Assembly (NCBI GenBank): GCA_029259175.1
Contig: JAPDJH010000002.1
Span: forward strand, 64,001 to 128,000
DNA from: Hadesarchaea archaeon
GTDB taxonomy: Archaea; Hadarchaeota; Hadarchaeia; Hadarchaeales; Hadarchaeaceae
Direction: 5' to 3'
Length of the DNA: 64,000 nucleotides
The number at the start of each line of letters is the position of its first letter. Position 1 is the stretch's first letter. The notes under the pieces are model-generated. The model worked only from the letters and a program-made list of their open reading frames with translations, ran no database searches and had not been told where the DNA came from. The translations under genes were made by a program, and so were the position numbers. Below, in pieces: positions 10,777 through 21,097 of this stretch.

Positions 10777-10790
10777 TAACCATATGGTTA
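10777..10790. promoter_or_regulatory. perfect 14-bp palindrome (TAACCATATGGTTA), candidate operator of the AOR-HPS promoter
   Basis: Sits between a minus-strand TATA-like TTTTAGATA (about 10798-10806) and the ATG at 10775, in the divergent region shared with the GH15 gene. Confidence 0.5.
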
Positions 10791-10842
10791 TCACCGTTAT
10801 CTAAAAAGACATTTGCAGACGGAGTAGTGTTGGTGGCCAGCA

Positions 10843-11943
10843 GTGGAGGAATTTTTGAGAAAAGCGCGAGTTCTTCTTCGCGAAACCAAGCGGGTGTTCG
10901 CTGATTGCGCGACCAAGAGTGGCGGGATCCTGGCAGCCAATCCAGCCAAGCCGTATTATCCGAGAGGGGCTGCGAACTACGGGTATGTGTGGGTACGGGA
11001 CGCGTCTTTTGTTTGTGTCGCTGCGGACGTGTTGGAGTTGGGAATTCAGGAAAAGTTCTTTGAGTGGTGCATGCGGGCTGAGCGCTTTCCGGGAACCACA
11101 CTCTTTTGTCGCCGCTATCACCCGGATGGAACGGCTCTGGCCGCGGGCGAGGGCCTCGGAGGCGAAATCGAGAACCAGCTCCAGCCGGATCAGGCGGGGG
11201 CCCTGTTGTGGGCGCTGTGGCACCACTTCAGGGAGGATCCGTCAGAGGCGAGGGACTTCCGGCCGCTGATTCGCGAAGTTGCGGATGGGTTGTGCGAACT
11301 CTGGAAAAAGAACAGGTTTGACATGGTGGTGTTCGATGTGTGGGAGGAGCAGGCTGCCTTTCCAGACCTCGATGAGTTTTTTTCTTACACACTCGCGGCC
11401 TGTGCTGGTGGTCTCAGATATGCAGGCGCTCTGTTTCCGAATCCGCGCTGGCAAAAAACAGCGGATCAAATGGTCTCGGTTTTAAGAAGAACTCCCGGAA
11501 AGCGGTTTTTCCGAAGTTATGGGCGGATACCCGATCCGGAGGTGGACGCCTCTCTGCTTGGGTTGGTGTTCCCGTTTGAGGTTTTCTCACATGCTCATCC
11601 GAAAATCCGAAGGACGATTGCCGATATCGAGAAGGAGCTAGTGATCGGCGGAGGGCTTCATCGCTACCCCGGCGATAGATACGATGGCTGGGTGTACGAG
11701 GGAAAGATGTTGAGGCAGAAGGGCGGGGGCGCGTGGCCGCTGCTCAACTTTTGGCTGAGCGTGTGCCACGCGCGGGCAGGGAACAAGAGGAGGGCTCTTC
11801 GGTATGCGCGGTGGGTGCTTCGGCGCGTGAACAGACACATTCCGGAGCAGATTTTCCCTAATCGGTTGCAGGTTTCTCCATCTCCTCTGGCTTGGGCGCA
11901 CGCCATGTTTGTGCTGGCCATGCGAGAACTCAGGATCGTGTGA
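10843..11943 (+). CDS. glycoside hydrolase family 15 (glucoamylase-like) catalytic domain protein
   Basis: YGYVWVRD, QPDQ, DVWEE, VDASLL, RYPGDRY, W and PEQ...PLAWAHA motifs of the GH15 (alpha/alpha)6 barrel. Confidence 0.9.
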   Translation: MEEFLRKARVLLRETKRVFADCATKSGGILAANPAKPYYPRGAANYGYVWVRDASFVCVAADVLELGIQEKFFEWCMRAERFPGTTLFCRRYHPDGTALAAGEGLGGEIENQLQPDQAGALLWALWHHFREDPSEARDFRPLIREVADGLCELWKKNRFDMVVFDVWEEQAAFPDLDEFFSYTLAACAGGLRYAGALFPNPRWQKTADQMVSVLRRTPGKRFFRSYGRIPDPEVDASLLGLVFPFEVFSHAHPKIRRTIADIEKELVIGGGLHRYPGDRYDGWVYEGKMLRQKGGGAWPLLNFWLSVCHARAGNKRRALRYARWVLRRVNRHIPEQIFPNRLQVSPSPLAWAHAMFVLAMRELRIV

Positions 11944-11983
11944 GCGGAAAAAACTTATGAATGGTGCCAGAATTCTTTATCGG

Positions 11984-12061
11984 GCGGCAGTAGTCTAGCC
12001 TGGTCTAGGACACCAGCCTGCCACGCTGGTGGCGCGGGTTCGAATCCCGCCTGCCGCACCA
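11984..12061 (+). tRNA. tRNA-Gly(GCC), CCA genome-encoded, no intron
   Basis: Acceptor GCGGCAG/CTGCCGC, anticodon arm CCAGC-CTGCCAC-GCTGG, T-arm GCGGG-TTCGAAT-CCCGC, ACCA end. Confidence 0.98.
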
Positions 12062-12208
12062 TTTTGGAAGAGAACGCAATTGAATCACAAAGTTTATTAT
12101 TATGTGCACTCGATGCATCGAGTTGCTGGCAACCAGTGACGAACTGCTTGAGGGGTTTCGACTAACAGGGGACTCCCAGCCTCCAGTTGTGCTTGTTCAT
12201 CTCCTCTC

Positions 12209-12889
12209 TTACCACTCCCATCGAATCACGTACTGATAGCGCCGAGATTTCAACCTCCGCCACACAGGATAGATCAGCAACACACCCGCTATGAAACCTC
12301 CAACGTGCGCCAAGTAGGCAACCCCCGATTGAACTCCGAGCACCCACGTGAACGACGCAGAGAGCACCTGAAGCACAAACCAGAAACCGATGAGAAACAG
12401 CGCCGGGACTGCCACAATCTGAATGATGTAGAAAAACACCACGGCGGTGTGGACCCGAGCCCATGGATATAGAATCAGATACGCCCCTAGCACCCCCGAA
12501 ATCGCTCCAGAAGCTCCTATGGTGGGGATCTGGGAACTCGGGTTCGCGATCGCGTGTACCAAGCTCGCCGCCAGTCCACACACCACATAAAACAGAATGA
12601 ATCTGCGCTTGCCCAACACATCCTCCACATTATCCCCAAAGATCCACAGGTACCACATGTTGCCTACCACGTGCAGAATCCCGCCGTGCAGAAACATGGA
12701 GGTGAGGAGCGTGTGCAGCTCCCTCCCCGCCAGGATTTCCCGGGGACGCATCCCGTAGAGGTTCACGAGTTCGTCTAGCCGTCCCGCCAGCCAGCTCCCG
12801 AAAAATATTCCGAGGTTGATCGCAATCAGAGCGGCGGTCACCACGGGCCGGCTCCGGGTGGGGTTTTCATCCTTCAGCGGGAACACCAA
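12209..12889 (-). CDS. rhomboid family intramembrane serine protease
   Basis: PLKDENP N-terminus, SMFLHGG..H..GNM, GASGAISG (catalytic Ser) and AHVGGF (catalytic His). Confidence 0.96.
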   Translation of the reverse strand: MVFPLKDENPTRSRPVVTAALIAINLGIFFGSWLAGRLDELVNLYGMRPREILAGRELHTLLTSMFLHGGILHVVGNMWYLWIFGDNVEDVLGKRRFILFYVVCGLAASLVHAIANPSSQIPTIGASGAISGVLGAYLILYPWARVHTAVVFFYIIQIVAVPALFLIGFWFVLQVLSASFTWVLGVQSGVAYLAHVGGFIAGVLLIYPVWRRLKSRRYQYVIRWEW

Positions 12890-12918
12890 GTCACCTCGAT
12901 TGCTTTCTTCCGGCTTCT

Positions 12919-13005
12919 AGCTGGGTCTTTCCCTCGAGCATCTGAGGGGGCAAGAACCCCTGCTGATTGGAGAGTCCTTGTTCCTGCACGGTCACAGCCC
13001 CAGCT
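12919..13005 (-). ncRNA. candidate structured RNA / 5' leader (three-way junction)
   Basis: Minus-strand stems AGCTGGG/CCCAGCT, GCAGGAAC/GTTCTTGC and CCCTC/GAGGG; TATA-like TTATTTAT about 25 nt upstream. Confidence 0.4.
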
Positions 13006-13053
13006 TCTCCACAACACTTCGCTCACGATAAATAATATCATAACTGAGGAGTA

Positions 13054-13725
13054 GTGATGCTTCACCTCGTTCTGGCCGACTCGGAACTGGAACAGGTCCC
13101 TGCTGAGATCGCTACGCACAAGGTGATTCGCTATCTGGCGAGAAAACGCGGGCGCAAGCCAACCGAGCTTATTTTGAACTCGAGCCGGCATCACCCTGCC
13201 ATGCGCAAGCTGCCGCAGGCCGAGCGGCGCGGCCGTCCGGATATCGCTCACTTCGCCCTTCTGCAGGCGCTCGACTCTCCGGCCAATCTGGTGGGGGAGC
13301 TCCGGGTTTACGTTCACACACGCCACAACCGAGTGATTCGAGTAGATCCCCGCACCAGACTGCCACGGGCGTATGAGCGCTTTGAGGGTCTGATGGAACA
13401 GCTTTTCCTGACAGGAGCCGTACCGCCGGACAACCCCTTGTTGCTCCTAGAGGCGAAGACGTTAGAACAACTGGTTCAGGAGATCGCTCCCGACCGCGTG
13501 GTGGCGATGGCGGAGAGGGGAAAGCGAAAAAAACTCGCTGAGCTGTTTACAAGAGCTGACTCAAACGTGTGTGTGGTTATTGGCGGATTTTCGCACGGAG
13601 ATTTTCTGTCTCCTGTGAACCGGATCGCCGACGAACTCGTAAGCCTGTTTCCGCAGCCACTCACGGCCCCGCTGGTTGTTTCTAGGGTCCTTTCTGCGTA
13701 TGAGCAGGCCAAGGGGATTCTATGA
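13054..13725 (+). CDS. nep1: 16S rRNA pseudouridine N1-methyltransferase Nep1 (SPOUT)
   Basis: RGRPDIAH, RLPRAYERFEGLMEQL and IGGFSHG motifs. Confidence 0.95.
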   Translation: MMLHLVLADSELEQVPAEIATHKVIRYLARKRGRKPTELILNSSRHHPAMRKLPQAERRGRPDIAHFALLQALDSPANLVGELRVYVHTRHNRVIRVDPRTRLPRAYERFEGLMEQLFLTGAVPPDNPLLLLEAKTLEQLVQEIAPDRVVAMAERGKRKKLAELFTRADSNVCVVIGGFSHGDFLSPVNRIADELVSLFPQPLTAPLVVSRVLSAYEQAKGIL

Positions 13726-14030
13726 GTCGCACACGGCACCGAGCGAGGGAGAGAGCAATGGAGTGCGCGATAAAACTCCTAGATCTCGCTGACAAGAGGT
13801 GGTCATCGGACCCCTCGCTCTCGAGAAGATACGTGGAGCTGGCTTGGAGGCTGAAGACCAAGTTCAACCTCCGTTTTTCCCGTGAAGTGAAGATGCACTT
13901 CTGCAAGCGGTGCTTTACCATCTGGCGCCCCGGTGAGACGTGCAGGGTGCGTATCCGTGACGGAGTGCTGACCGTGACCTGCCTGAATTGCAACCGCGTC
14001 TACCGGCTACCCCTTCCAGCAAAACGTTAA
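13722..14030 (+). CDS. rnp4: ribonuclease P protein component 4 (Rpp21)
   Basis: RRYVELA; FCKRC...CLNC zinc ribbon; conserved position before S19e. Confidence 0.93.
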   Translation: MSRTRHRARERAMECAIKLLDLADKRWSSDPSLSRRYVELAWRLKTKFNLRFSREVKMHFCKRCFTIWRPGETCRVRIRDGVLTVTCLNCNRVYRLPLPAKR

Positions 14031-14057
14031 TATCGGGTAAAAAGAGAGATTTAAAGC

Positions 14058-14486
14058 GTGTCGATGAAAGTGACAAGCGTCCCGGCTGACAAGCTCATCG
14101 GGCGTTTGAAGGAAGAACTAAAAAAATACAAGGAGCTAGAGCCCCCGCACTGGGCCCACTTCGTGAAAACGGGTGCGCACCGCGAACGCCCTCCGGATCA
14201 GCCCGATTGGTGGTACATCCGGGCTGCATCCATGCTCCGCAGGCTGTATTTGGACGGCCCGGTAGGGGTCTCTCGGCTCCGCACATACTACGGGGGAAGG
14301 CAGAACCGAGGCCAAGCTCCTGAGCACTTTCGCAAGGGGAGCGGCAAGATAGTCCGCACTATCCTTCAACAGCTGGAGAAGGCGGGGCTAGTCATCAAGC
14401 TCGATAAGAAAGGACGGAAGCCAAGCAAAAAAGGAGTGGAACTGCTCGAGCGCTTGGCAAGCGAGGTGGGTGGTATAAGTGGATGA
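14058..14486 (+). CDS. rps19e: 30S ribosomal protein S19e
   Basis: W..FVKTG.HRERPP..DWWYIRAAS, YGG and LQQLE motifs; the start may be the ATG at 14064. Confidence 0.98.
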   Translation: MSMKVTSVPADKLIGRLKEELKKYKELEPPHWAHFVKTGAHRERPPDQPDWWYIRAASMLRRLYLDGPVGVSRLRTYYGGRQNRGQAPEHFRKGSGKIVRTILQQLEKAGLVIKLDKKGRKPSKKGVELLERLASEVGGISG

Positions 14487-14808
14487 AGCAGAACTCGAGG
14501 AGCTTAGGAGAAGAAAAATGCTGGAGCTCCAAGCAAGATTGCAAGAACAGCAGAGACAGGAAGAACTCCGCAGACAGTTGGAGTACCAGAAGCGTGCCGT
14601 GCTCCAGCAAATCTTGACACCTGAAGCACGCAGCAGACTTGCCAACATCCGGATGGCAAAGCCGGAATTTGCCGAACAACTGGAGCTGCAACTCTTGCAA
14701 CTCGCACAGAGCGGCCGTATAACTTCGAAGATCACCGATGAGCAACTGAAGAAGATTTTGGATCGGATAGTTTCCAGCCGCCGTGAAATAAGAATCAAGA
14801 GGTTGTGA
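14479..14808 (+). CDS. PDCD5-like DNA-binding protein
   Basis: ELEELRRRK...ILTPEARSRLANIRMAKPE; conserved location after S19e. Confidence 0.95.
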   Translation: MDEAELEELRRRKMLELQARLQEQQRQEELRRQLEYQKRAVLQQILTPEARSRLANIRMAKPEFAEQLELQLLQLAQSGRITSKITDEQLKKILDRIVSSRREIRIKRL

Positions 14809-14809
14809 G

Positions 14810-14965
14810 ATGGCGCGGAACAAGCCGTTTCCCAAGAAAAAGAGGCTCATCAAAGCGGGCAGACGAACGAGACGCGCACCTATGTGGGTAATAGTAAAAA
14901 CACGCGGCAAGATAAGGGCCAGCATGAAGCAGCGCCATTGGAGACGCCAGCGTATTAAGCCGTGA
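14810..14965 (+). CDS. rpl39e: 50S ribosomal protein L39e (not in the ORF track)
   Basis: Manual translation MARNKPFPKKKRLIKAGRRTRRAPMWVIVKTRGKIRASMKQRHWRRQRIKP*; RHWRR motif and synteny. Confidence 0.96.
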   Translation: MARNKPFPKKKRLIKAGRRTRRAPMWVIVKTRGKIRASMKQRHWRRQRIKP

Positions 14966-14976
14966 GGTGAACGACT

Positions 14977-15228
14977 GTGGTGGAGGAGCGCATTTACGTG
15001 GTGCCCCTACGCCGTGCAAAGCTGGCTGCCCGTTACAAGCGCACACCACGTGCGGTGCGCATTCTGCGCGAGTTCATAGCTAGGCACATGAAATCGGAGA
15101 ACGTGAAAATCGATGCGGCCCTCAACCAGCATCTCTGGGAGCGAGGAGCGAGGAAGCCTCCTTCTCGCGTTCGCGTTAAGGCCGTGAAACAAGACGATGG
15201 AACGGTTGTAGTTTCTTTAGCCGAATAG
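14977..15228 (+). CDS. rpl31e: 50S ribosomal protein L31e
   Basis: ERIYVVPL, KRTPRAV, RHMK and LN..LW.RG..KPP motifs. Confidence 0.97.
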   Translation: MVEERIYVVPLRRAKLAARYKRTPRAVRILREFIARHMKSENVKIDAALNQHLWERGARKPPSRVRVKAVKQDDGTVVVSLAE

Positions 15229-15236
15229 GTGTCTTC

Positions 15237-15887
15237 ATGCCAGTGCGTCGGATGGATTTCAATCGAATCCCGTTTATAGGAGCGTATTCCCTATGTACCG
15301 ACAAGCTGTGTTTAATTCCCGAGCACGTTCACTTACGCCCCGACAACACTCATGTTCTTGGCGTGCCCGTTATTCGGGCTTCCGTGTCCGATAGCCCTTT
15401 GCTCGGAATCTTGCTTGCTGGCAATTCCCAGTGTTTACTGTGCTCGGATCTTTTCGAAGTCCAGCTCCCATCCGATCTGGACGTGGACGTGGAATACCTG
15501 CCGGGAAAGCATACTGCGTTGGGCAACTTGGTATTGGCCAACGACAAGGGAGCGATCGTCAGTCCAGAGCTCTCGTCCTCCGTGGTGCGTATGATCGCTG
15601 ATGGTCTTGGAGTAGAAGTTGAGCGCGGCACCATTGCGGGTCACTCCACCGTGGGTGCTGTTGCGGTCGTGACCAACCGCGGGGCGTTGCTTCACCCAGA
15701 TGTGAGCGAGTCGGAGGCAAAGCTCGTGGAGGAAATCCTCAAGGTTCCGGTGGATGTGGGCACGGCATGCGGTGGCGTAAGCTTCTTAGGGCTGTGTGTG
15801 ATTGCAAATTCGAATGGGGCTCTCACGGGCTCCACAACCACCGGACCCGAGCTGGGGAGGATTGAGAGTTCGTTGGACCTGGTGTGA
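15237..15887 (+). CDS. eif6: translation initiation factor 6 (aIF-6)
   Basis: Repeated pentein motifs (LGN..LAND.GA, VG...V.NRGAL.HP); TTGPEL.RIE..L. Confidence 0.96.
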   Translation: MPVRRMDFNRIPFIGAYSLCTDKLCLIPEHVHLRPDNTHVLGVPVIRASVSDSPLLGILLAGNSQCLLCSDLFEVQLPSDLDVDVEYLPGKHTALGNLVLANDKGAIVSPELSSSVVRMIADGLGVEVERGTIAGHSTVGAVAVVTNRGALLHPDVSESEAKLVEEILKVPVDVGTACGGVSFLGLCVIANSNGALTGSTTTGPELGRIESSLDLV

Positions 15888-15896
15888 GGTGGGCGC

Positions 15897-16124
15897 ATGA
15901 AAAAAGTGTACAGAATTCGAGGATGGTTCAAGCAGGGATTGTGGAAACAGGTATTCACTAAAGAACTCGTGGCATTGAGTGAGCGGCAAGCCCTTGAGCG
16001 ATTGTTGTCCGACGTGGGAAGCAAGCACAAGGTCAAACGCAACATGGTGCGAATCGAAGAAATCCGGGAGATCCGACCCGAGGAGGTTAAAGACCCTCGG
16101 GTCTTAAGGATGTTGGAGGCGTAA
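15897..16124 (+). CDS. rpl18a: 50S ribosomal protein L18Ae/LX
   Basis: FTKE..A...A.E...S..GSKHKVKR..I.EI; synteny. Confidence 0.95.
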   Translation: MKKVYRIRGWFKQGLWKQVFTKELVALSERQALERLLSDVGSKHKVKRNMVRIEEIREIRPEEVKDPRVLRMLEA

Positions 16125-16125
16125 C

Positions 16126-16560
16126 ATGGCGGAGAGATCGTCACAAGACAAACTCCAAAGCTTATTAACACAGATCGGAAGCTACAGAGAGCTCATTCGC
16201 GTGCTCCAGCAACAGATTTCGAACTTAGTCGAGGCCCGTTCGGAGCTGTCGATGACCCTGAATTTCCTCAAGAACATGCGCCAGCTCAAACCAGATACAG
16301 AAGTTTTAATTCCGGTGGGCTCGGGGGCCTTGGTTCCGGGACGGCTGACGACTGTTGAGAAAGTGCTCGTTGAAATCGGATCCGGAGTGGTAGTCGAGAA
16401 GAGCGCAGAGGAGGCCGTCCAAGTCATCGAGAACCGGATAAAGGAGGTTGACGAAACGGTTGGCCGCTTGCAAAAGGACATCGCCGATATCCAAGAAAAA
16501 ATAGAGGCAATCAGGCCTGAAGCCGAGCAGCTGATGAAGCAGCTAGAGAGGGAATCCTGA
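16126..16560 (+). CDS. pfdA: prefoldin alpha subunit
   Basis: Coiled coils flanking two hairpins, LIPVGSG and VLVEIGSG. Confidence 0.95.
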   Translation: MAERSSQDKLQSLLTQIGSYRELIRVLQQQISNLVEARSELSMTLNFLKNMRQLKPDTEVLIPVGSGALVPGRLTTVEKVLVEIGSGVVVEKSAEEAVQVIENRIKEVDETVGRLQKDIADIQEKIEAIRPEAEQLMKQLERES

Positions 16561-16562
16561 AA

Positions 16563-17717
16563 ATGTTTGGTGCACTTAAAAAGAAACTGAGCAAGTTCAA
16601 GGAGCGCATAGTCGAGGCTATAAGCAAAAGAGAAGCGGAGGAAGTCGTCGAGCCTGCTCCGCAGACGGTTCGCGGGGAGGAGAGAGAAGTTCCTCCGGCT
16701 CCCATTCCGCCTCCGAAACCGGAAAAAGAAGCGAAGATCCCAGAACAAAAAGTGGAGGGAACTGTTGCGGAGCAGACCACTCCTCAGCCCACCGAGGTGT
16801 TCTTGCCTTCTCCCGAAAAGCCCAAGCGAGTAGTCAAGCGAGCTATAAAGCGGTTACTTGTTAAGAGGCTTTCTCCGCAGGACGTGGACGACATCATGTG
16901 GGATCTCGAGGTGGCCCTGTTGGAAAGCGATGTGGCTCTCCCAGTGGCAAACCACATTCTCGAAAAAGTGAGGAGCGAACTCACGGCGAGAAAGATAAGC
17001 ATCCGCGACGATCCCCGCAAGATCGCCGACGAGATTTTGCGCTCGGCTCTTCACGATGTTTTGACCCCAAGCTCGCGCGTGGACCTCCTCAGCGTGATCC
17101 GGTCCAAAAAATCGCGCAACGAACCAGCAGTTCTCGTGTTCGTAGGGATCAACGGACACGGCAAAACCACAACCATCGCCAAACTTGCCAAGTATTTGAA
17201 GGACCGTGGATTCAAAGTGGTGCTGGCAGCCGGAGACACCTTCAGAGCCGCCGCGATAGAGCAGCTCGAAATCCACGCACAGCGACTGAACGTTCCCCTC
17301 ATTAAGCAGAAAAGAGGGGCCGACTCAGCCGCGGTGGCATATGACGCCATCGCTTTCGCCAAAGCTCGGGGATACGATGTGGTTCTGGTGGACACAGCTG
17401 GCCGTATGCAGACCAATAGGAACCTCATGGACGAGATGCGAAAGATCGTCAGGGTTGCCAAGCCAGACTTGGTGTTGTTTGTTGGGGACGCGCTGACAGG
17501 GAATGACGCTGTCGAGCAGGCAAAGGCGTTCGATGAGGCAGTGGGAATTCATGGGTCGATTCTCTGCAAGATGGACGCGGATGCCCGTGGCGGTGCGGCC
17601 CTTTCTATCTCATACGTGACGGGCAAGCCCATCTTGTTCTTGGGAACTGGGCAGGGATATGACGACCTCGTGGAATTTAAACCCGAGTTAGTCATAAATT
17701 CATTACTGGGGGACTAG
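16563..17717 (+). CDS. ftsY: signal recognition particle receptor FtsY
   Basis: GINGHGKTTT, DTFRAAA, DTAGR, KMD and GTGQ motifs; Pro/Glu-rich N-terminal linker. Confidence 0.98.
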   Translation: MFGALKKKLSKFKERIVEAISKREAEEVVEPAPQTVRGEEREVPPAPIPPPKPEKEAKIPEQKVEGTVAEQTTPQPTEVFLPSPEKPKRVVKRAIKRLLVKRLSPQDVDDIMWDLEVALLESDVALPVANHILEKVRSELTARKISIRDDPRKIADEILRSALHDVLTPSSRVDLLSVIRSKKSRNEPAVLVFVGINGHGKTTTIAKLAKYLKDRGFKVVLAAGDTFRAAAIEQLEIHAQRLNVPLIKQKRGADSAAVAYDAIAFAKARGYDVVLVDTAGRMQTNRNLMDEMRKIVRVAKPDLVLFVGDALTGNDAVEQAKAFDEAVGIHGSILCKMDADARGGAALSISYVTGKPILFLGTGQGYDDLVEFKPELVINSLLGD

Positions 17718-17719
17718 GC

Positions 17720-19346
<1,627 letters not shown>

Positions 19347-19375
19347 CCTAATTAAGTCGTCAAGGTTTATTTTGA

Positions 19376-20455
19376 ATGATGATCGAGATCGATGGTTCGA
19401 TAGGAGAAGGTGGAGGATCCGTTGTCCGTGTGGCCGTGGCTTTAAGCGCTGCGAGCGGAAAACCCATAAGGATTTTCAACATCCGCGCTAAGAGGCCCAA
19501 GCCAGGACTCCAGTACCAGCATCTGAACGCGGTCAAGGCCGTTGCAAACCTGTCGAATGCGAGCATAGAGGGACTCGAACTTGGATCCACCGAGCTGGTT
19601 TTTCATCCAGGCCGTATTTCTGCCGGCAAGTTCAGAATCGATATAGGCACGGCTGGTAGCACAATGCTCGTGCTTCAAGCTCTCATGCCAGTCGCGGCCT
19701 TCGCTCCTGCTCCCGTAGAGTTTGAGATACGCGGCGGGACCGACAATCCGTTGGCACCTCCGGTGGATTATGTGAAAAACGTGACCCTGCGTGCGCTGGA
19801 AAAGTTCGGATATAGAGCAGAGTTGCAGTGTGTCAAGCGCGGATACTATCCGAGGGGAGGAGGAATCGTATTTGCGAGATTAAACCCAGTCGATCATTTG
19901 GCTTCTATAAATTTAGCAAAGGGTGGAGATATCTCGAAAATTGAAGGAATAGCTCACATATCCCAACTTCCGGATCATGTTGCGAGACGAATGGCACACT
20001 CCGCTACGCGTGAGCTAATTTCTGCCGGGTTTTCTAAAGTTCACATTCGATCCGAGAGAAGCGATTCCCTCAGCGTGGGGGGAGGAATAACTCTCTGGGC
20101 TATTTTTGAATCGGGCGACGCTGTTGGTGCAAGTCGGTTGGCCAAAAGAGGGGTACCGGCAGAACAAATAGGCCGAGAAGCCGCAAGGGACTTGATTTCT
20201 CAGTTCCGAACGGGAGCCCCAGTGGACAAGTATTTGGCAGATCAGCTGATCCCGTACATGGCGCTTGCGACAGGAAAGTCTACCATCTACTGTAGTGAGA
20301 TGACACTCCACACAGTGACAAACATCGCTTTGGTCGAGCGGATTCTTGGGGTCAAATTTCGTATCGATGGTGAGCTAGGCAAACCAGCCGTTATCCAGGT
20401 GGAGGGTCTCGGAAAATCCAATCCCTCTCTCAACGGTAAACGCGAGACGGGTTGA
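19376..20455 (+). CDS. rtcA: RNA 3'-terminal phosphate cyclase
   Basis: IDGSIGEGGG, NIRA.R..PGL..QH, GGTD, GYYPRGGG, ADQL and H..TN motifs. Confidence 0.96.
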   Translation: MMIEIDGSIGEGGGSVVRVAVALSAASGKPIRIFNIRAKRPKPGLQYQHLNAVKAVANLSNASIEGLELGSTELVFHPGRISAGKFRIDIGTAGSTMLVLQALMPVAAFAPAPVEFEIRGGTDNPLAPPVDYVKNVTLRALEKFGYRAELQCVKRGYYPRGGGIVFARLNPVDHLASINLAKGGDISKIEGIAHISQLPDHVARRMAHSATRELISAGFSKVHIRSERSDSLSVGGGITLWAIFESGDAVGASRLAKRGVPAEQIGREAARDLISQFRTGAPVDKYLADQLIPYMALATGKSTIYCSEMTLHTVTNIALVERILGVKFRIDGELGKPAVIQVEGLGKSNPSLNGKRETG

Positions 20456-20828
20456 AGAGACGCTTTCTGTATTTTACCAGCTTTCCGTTTCTCAGCTTCC
20501 TGAAGAAGCAAGACCGATACCCCTTGTGGCATGCGCCTCCGATTTGTTTCACATCGTACAGCAGCGTGTCACCGTCACAGTCCACATAAACTGCCTTCAC
20601 CAATTGAACATTTCCTGATGTCTCTCCTTTCATCCAGAGCTTTTTTCTTTCTCTGCTCCAGTAGTGCATCTTCCCCTCTGATAACGTCCTTCTGACAGCT
20701 TCTCGATTTTGCCACGCCACCATCAATACCTCTTTGTTCTGATAATCTCTCACAACAGCTGTTACGAGCCCCCGCCTGAACCTAAGATTTCTGAGAACGT
20801 TTTTCACTTGAGCAGTTTCTAGCTTCAC
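20430..20828 (-). CDS. hisI: phosphoribosyl-AMP cyclohydrolase
   Basis: YWSR.R..LW.KGETSG, DCDGD and ACH.GY.SCF motifs. Confidence 0.97.
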   Translation of the reverse strand: MKLETAQVKNVLRNLRFRRGLVTAVVRDYQNKEVLMVAWQNREAVRRTLSEGKMHYWSRERKKLWMKGETSGNVQLVKAVYVDCDGDTLLYDVKQIGGACHKGYRSCFFRKLRNGKLVKYRKRLFNPSRVYR

Positions 20829-21097
20829 CGTTTTCTCCTCCGTCTCAGTTCCTCCATCACATCCTCCAGCTCCACGTTCTTTTCAGCAAGCAAAATCATC
20901 GCGTGGAAAAACAAGTCCGCCGCTTCATGAATGATTTCGCTTTTTTCAGATGCTTCAATCAGTTCCTGTGCTTCTTCCATTATTTTTTCCTTTGTCTTTC
21001 CCGCGCGCAGGAGCCCAGCCACATAGGACTCCGGCTTGGGGTTTCGCTTTCTGTCTTTTATCACTTCGAACACTTCTTCCAAGATCTCAGTCCCCAT
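20825..21097 (-). CDS. hisE: phosphoribosyl-ATP pyrophosphatase
   Basis: SY...L, KI.EEA.E and EAADL.FH motifs. Confidence 0.96.
   Translation of the reverse strand: MGTEILEEVFEVIKDRKRNPKPESYVAGLLRAGKTKEKIMEEAQELIEASEKSEIIHEAADLFFHAMILLAEKNVELEDVMEELRRRRKR

Noticed and set aside
12162-12200. Minus-strand mini-ORF MNKHNWRLGVPC after a GAGGAG
   Set aside because: Only 12 codons, RBS spacing is nil, and read-through of the TAG gives nothing recognisable
11984-12210. tRNA-Gly as an integration site
   Set aside because: No integrase and no duplicated tRNA 3' end found in the window
12919-13005. Hammerhead ribozyme, RNase P RNA or H/ACA guide for the Nep1 target
   Set aside because: Lacks the CUGANGA core; too short for RNase P with no P4 pairing; no complementarity to the GAUUCAACGCC target
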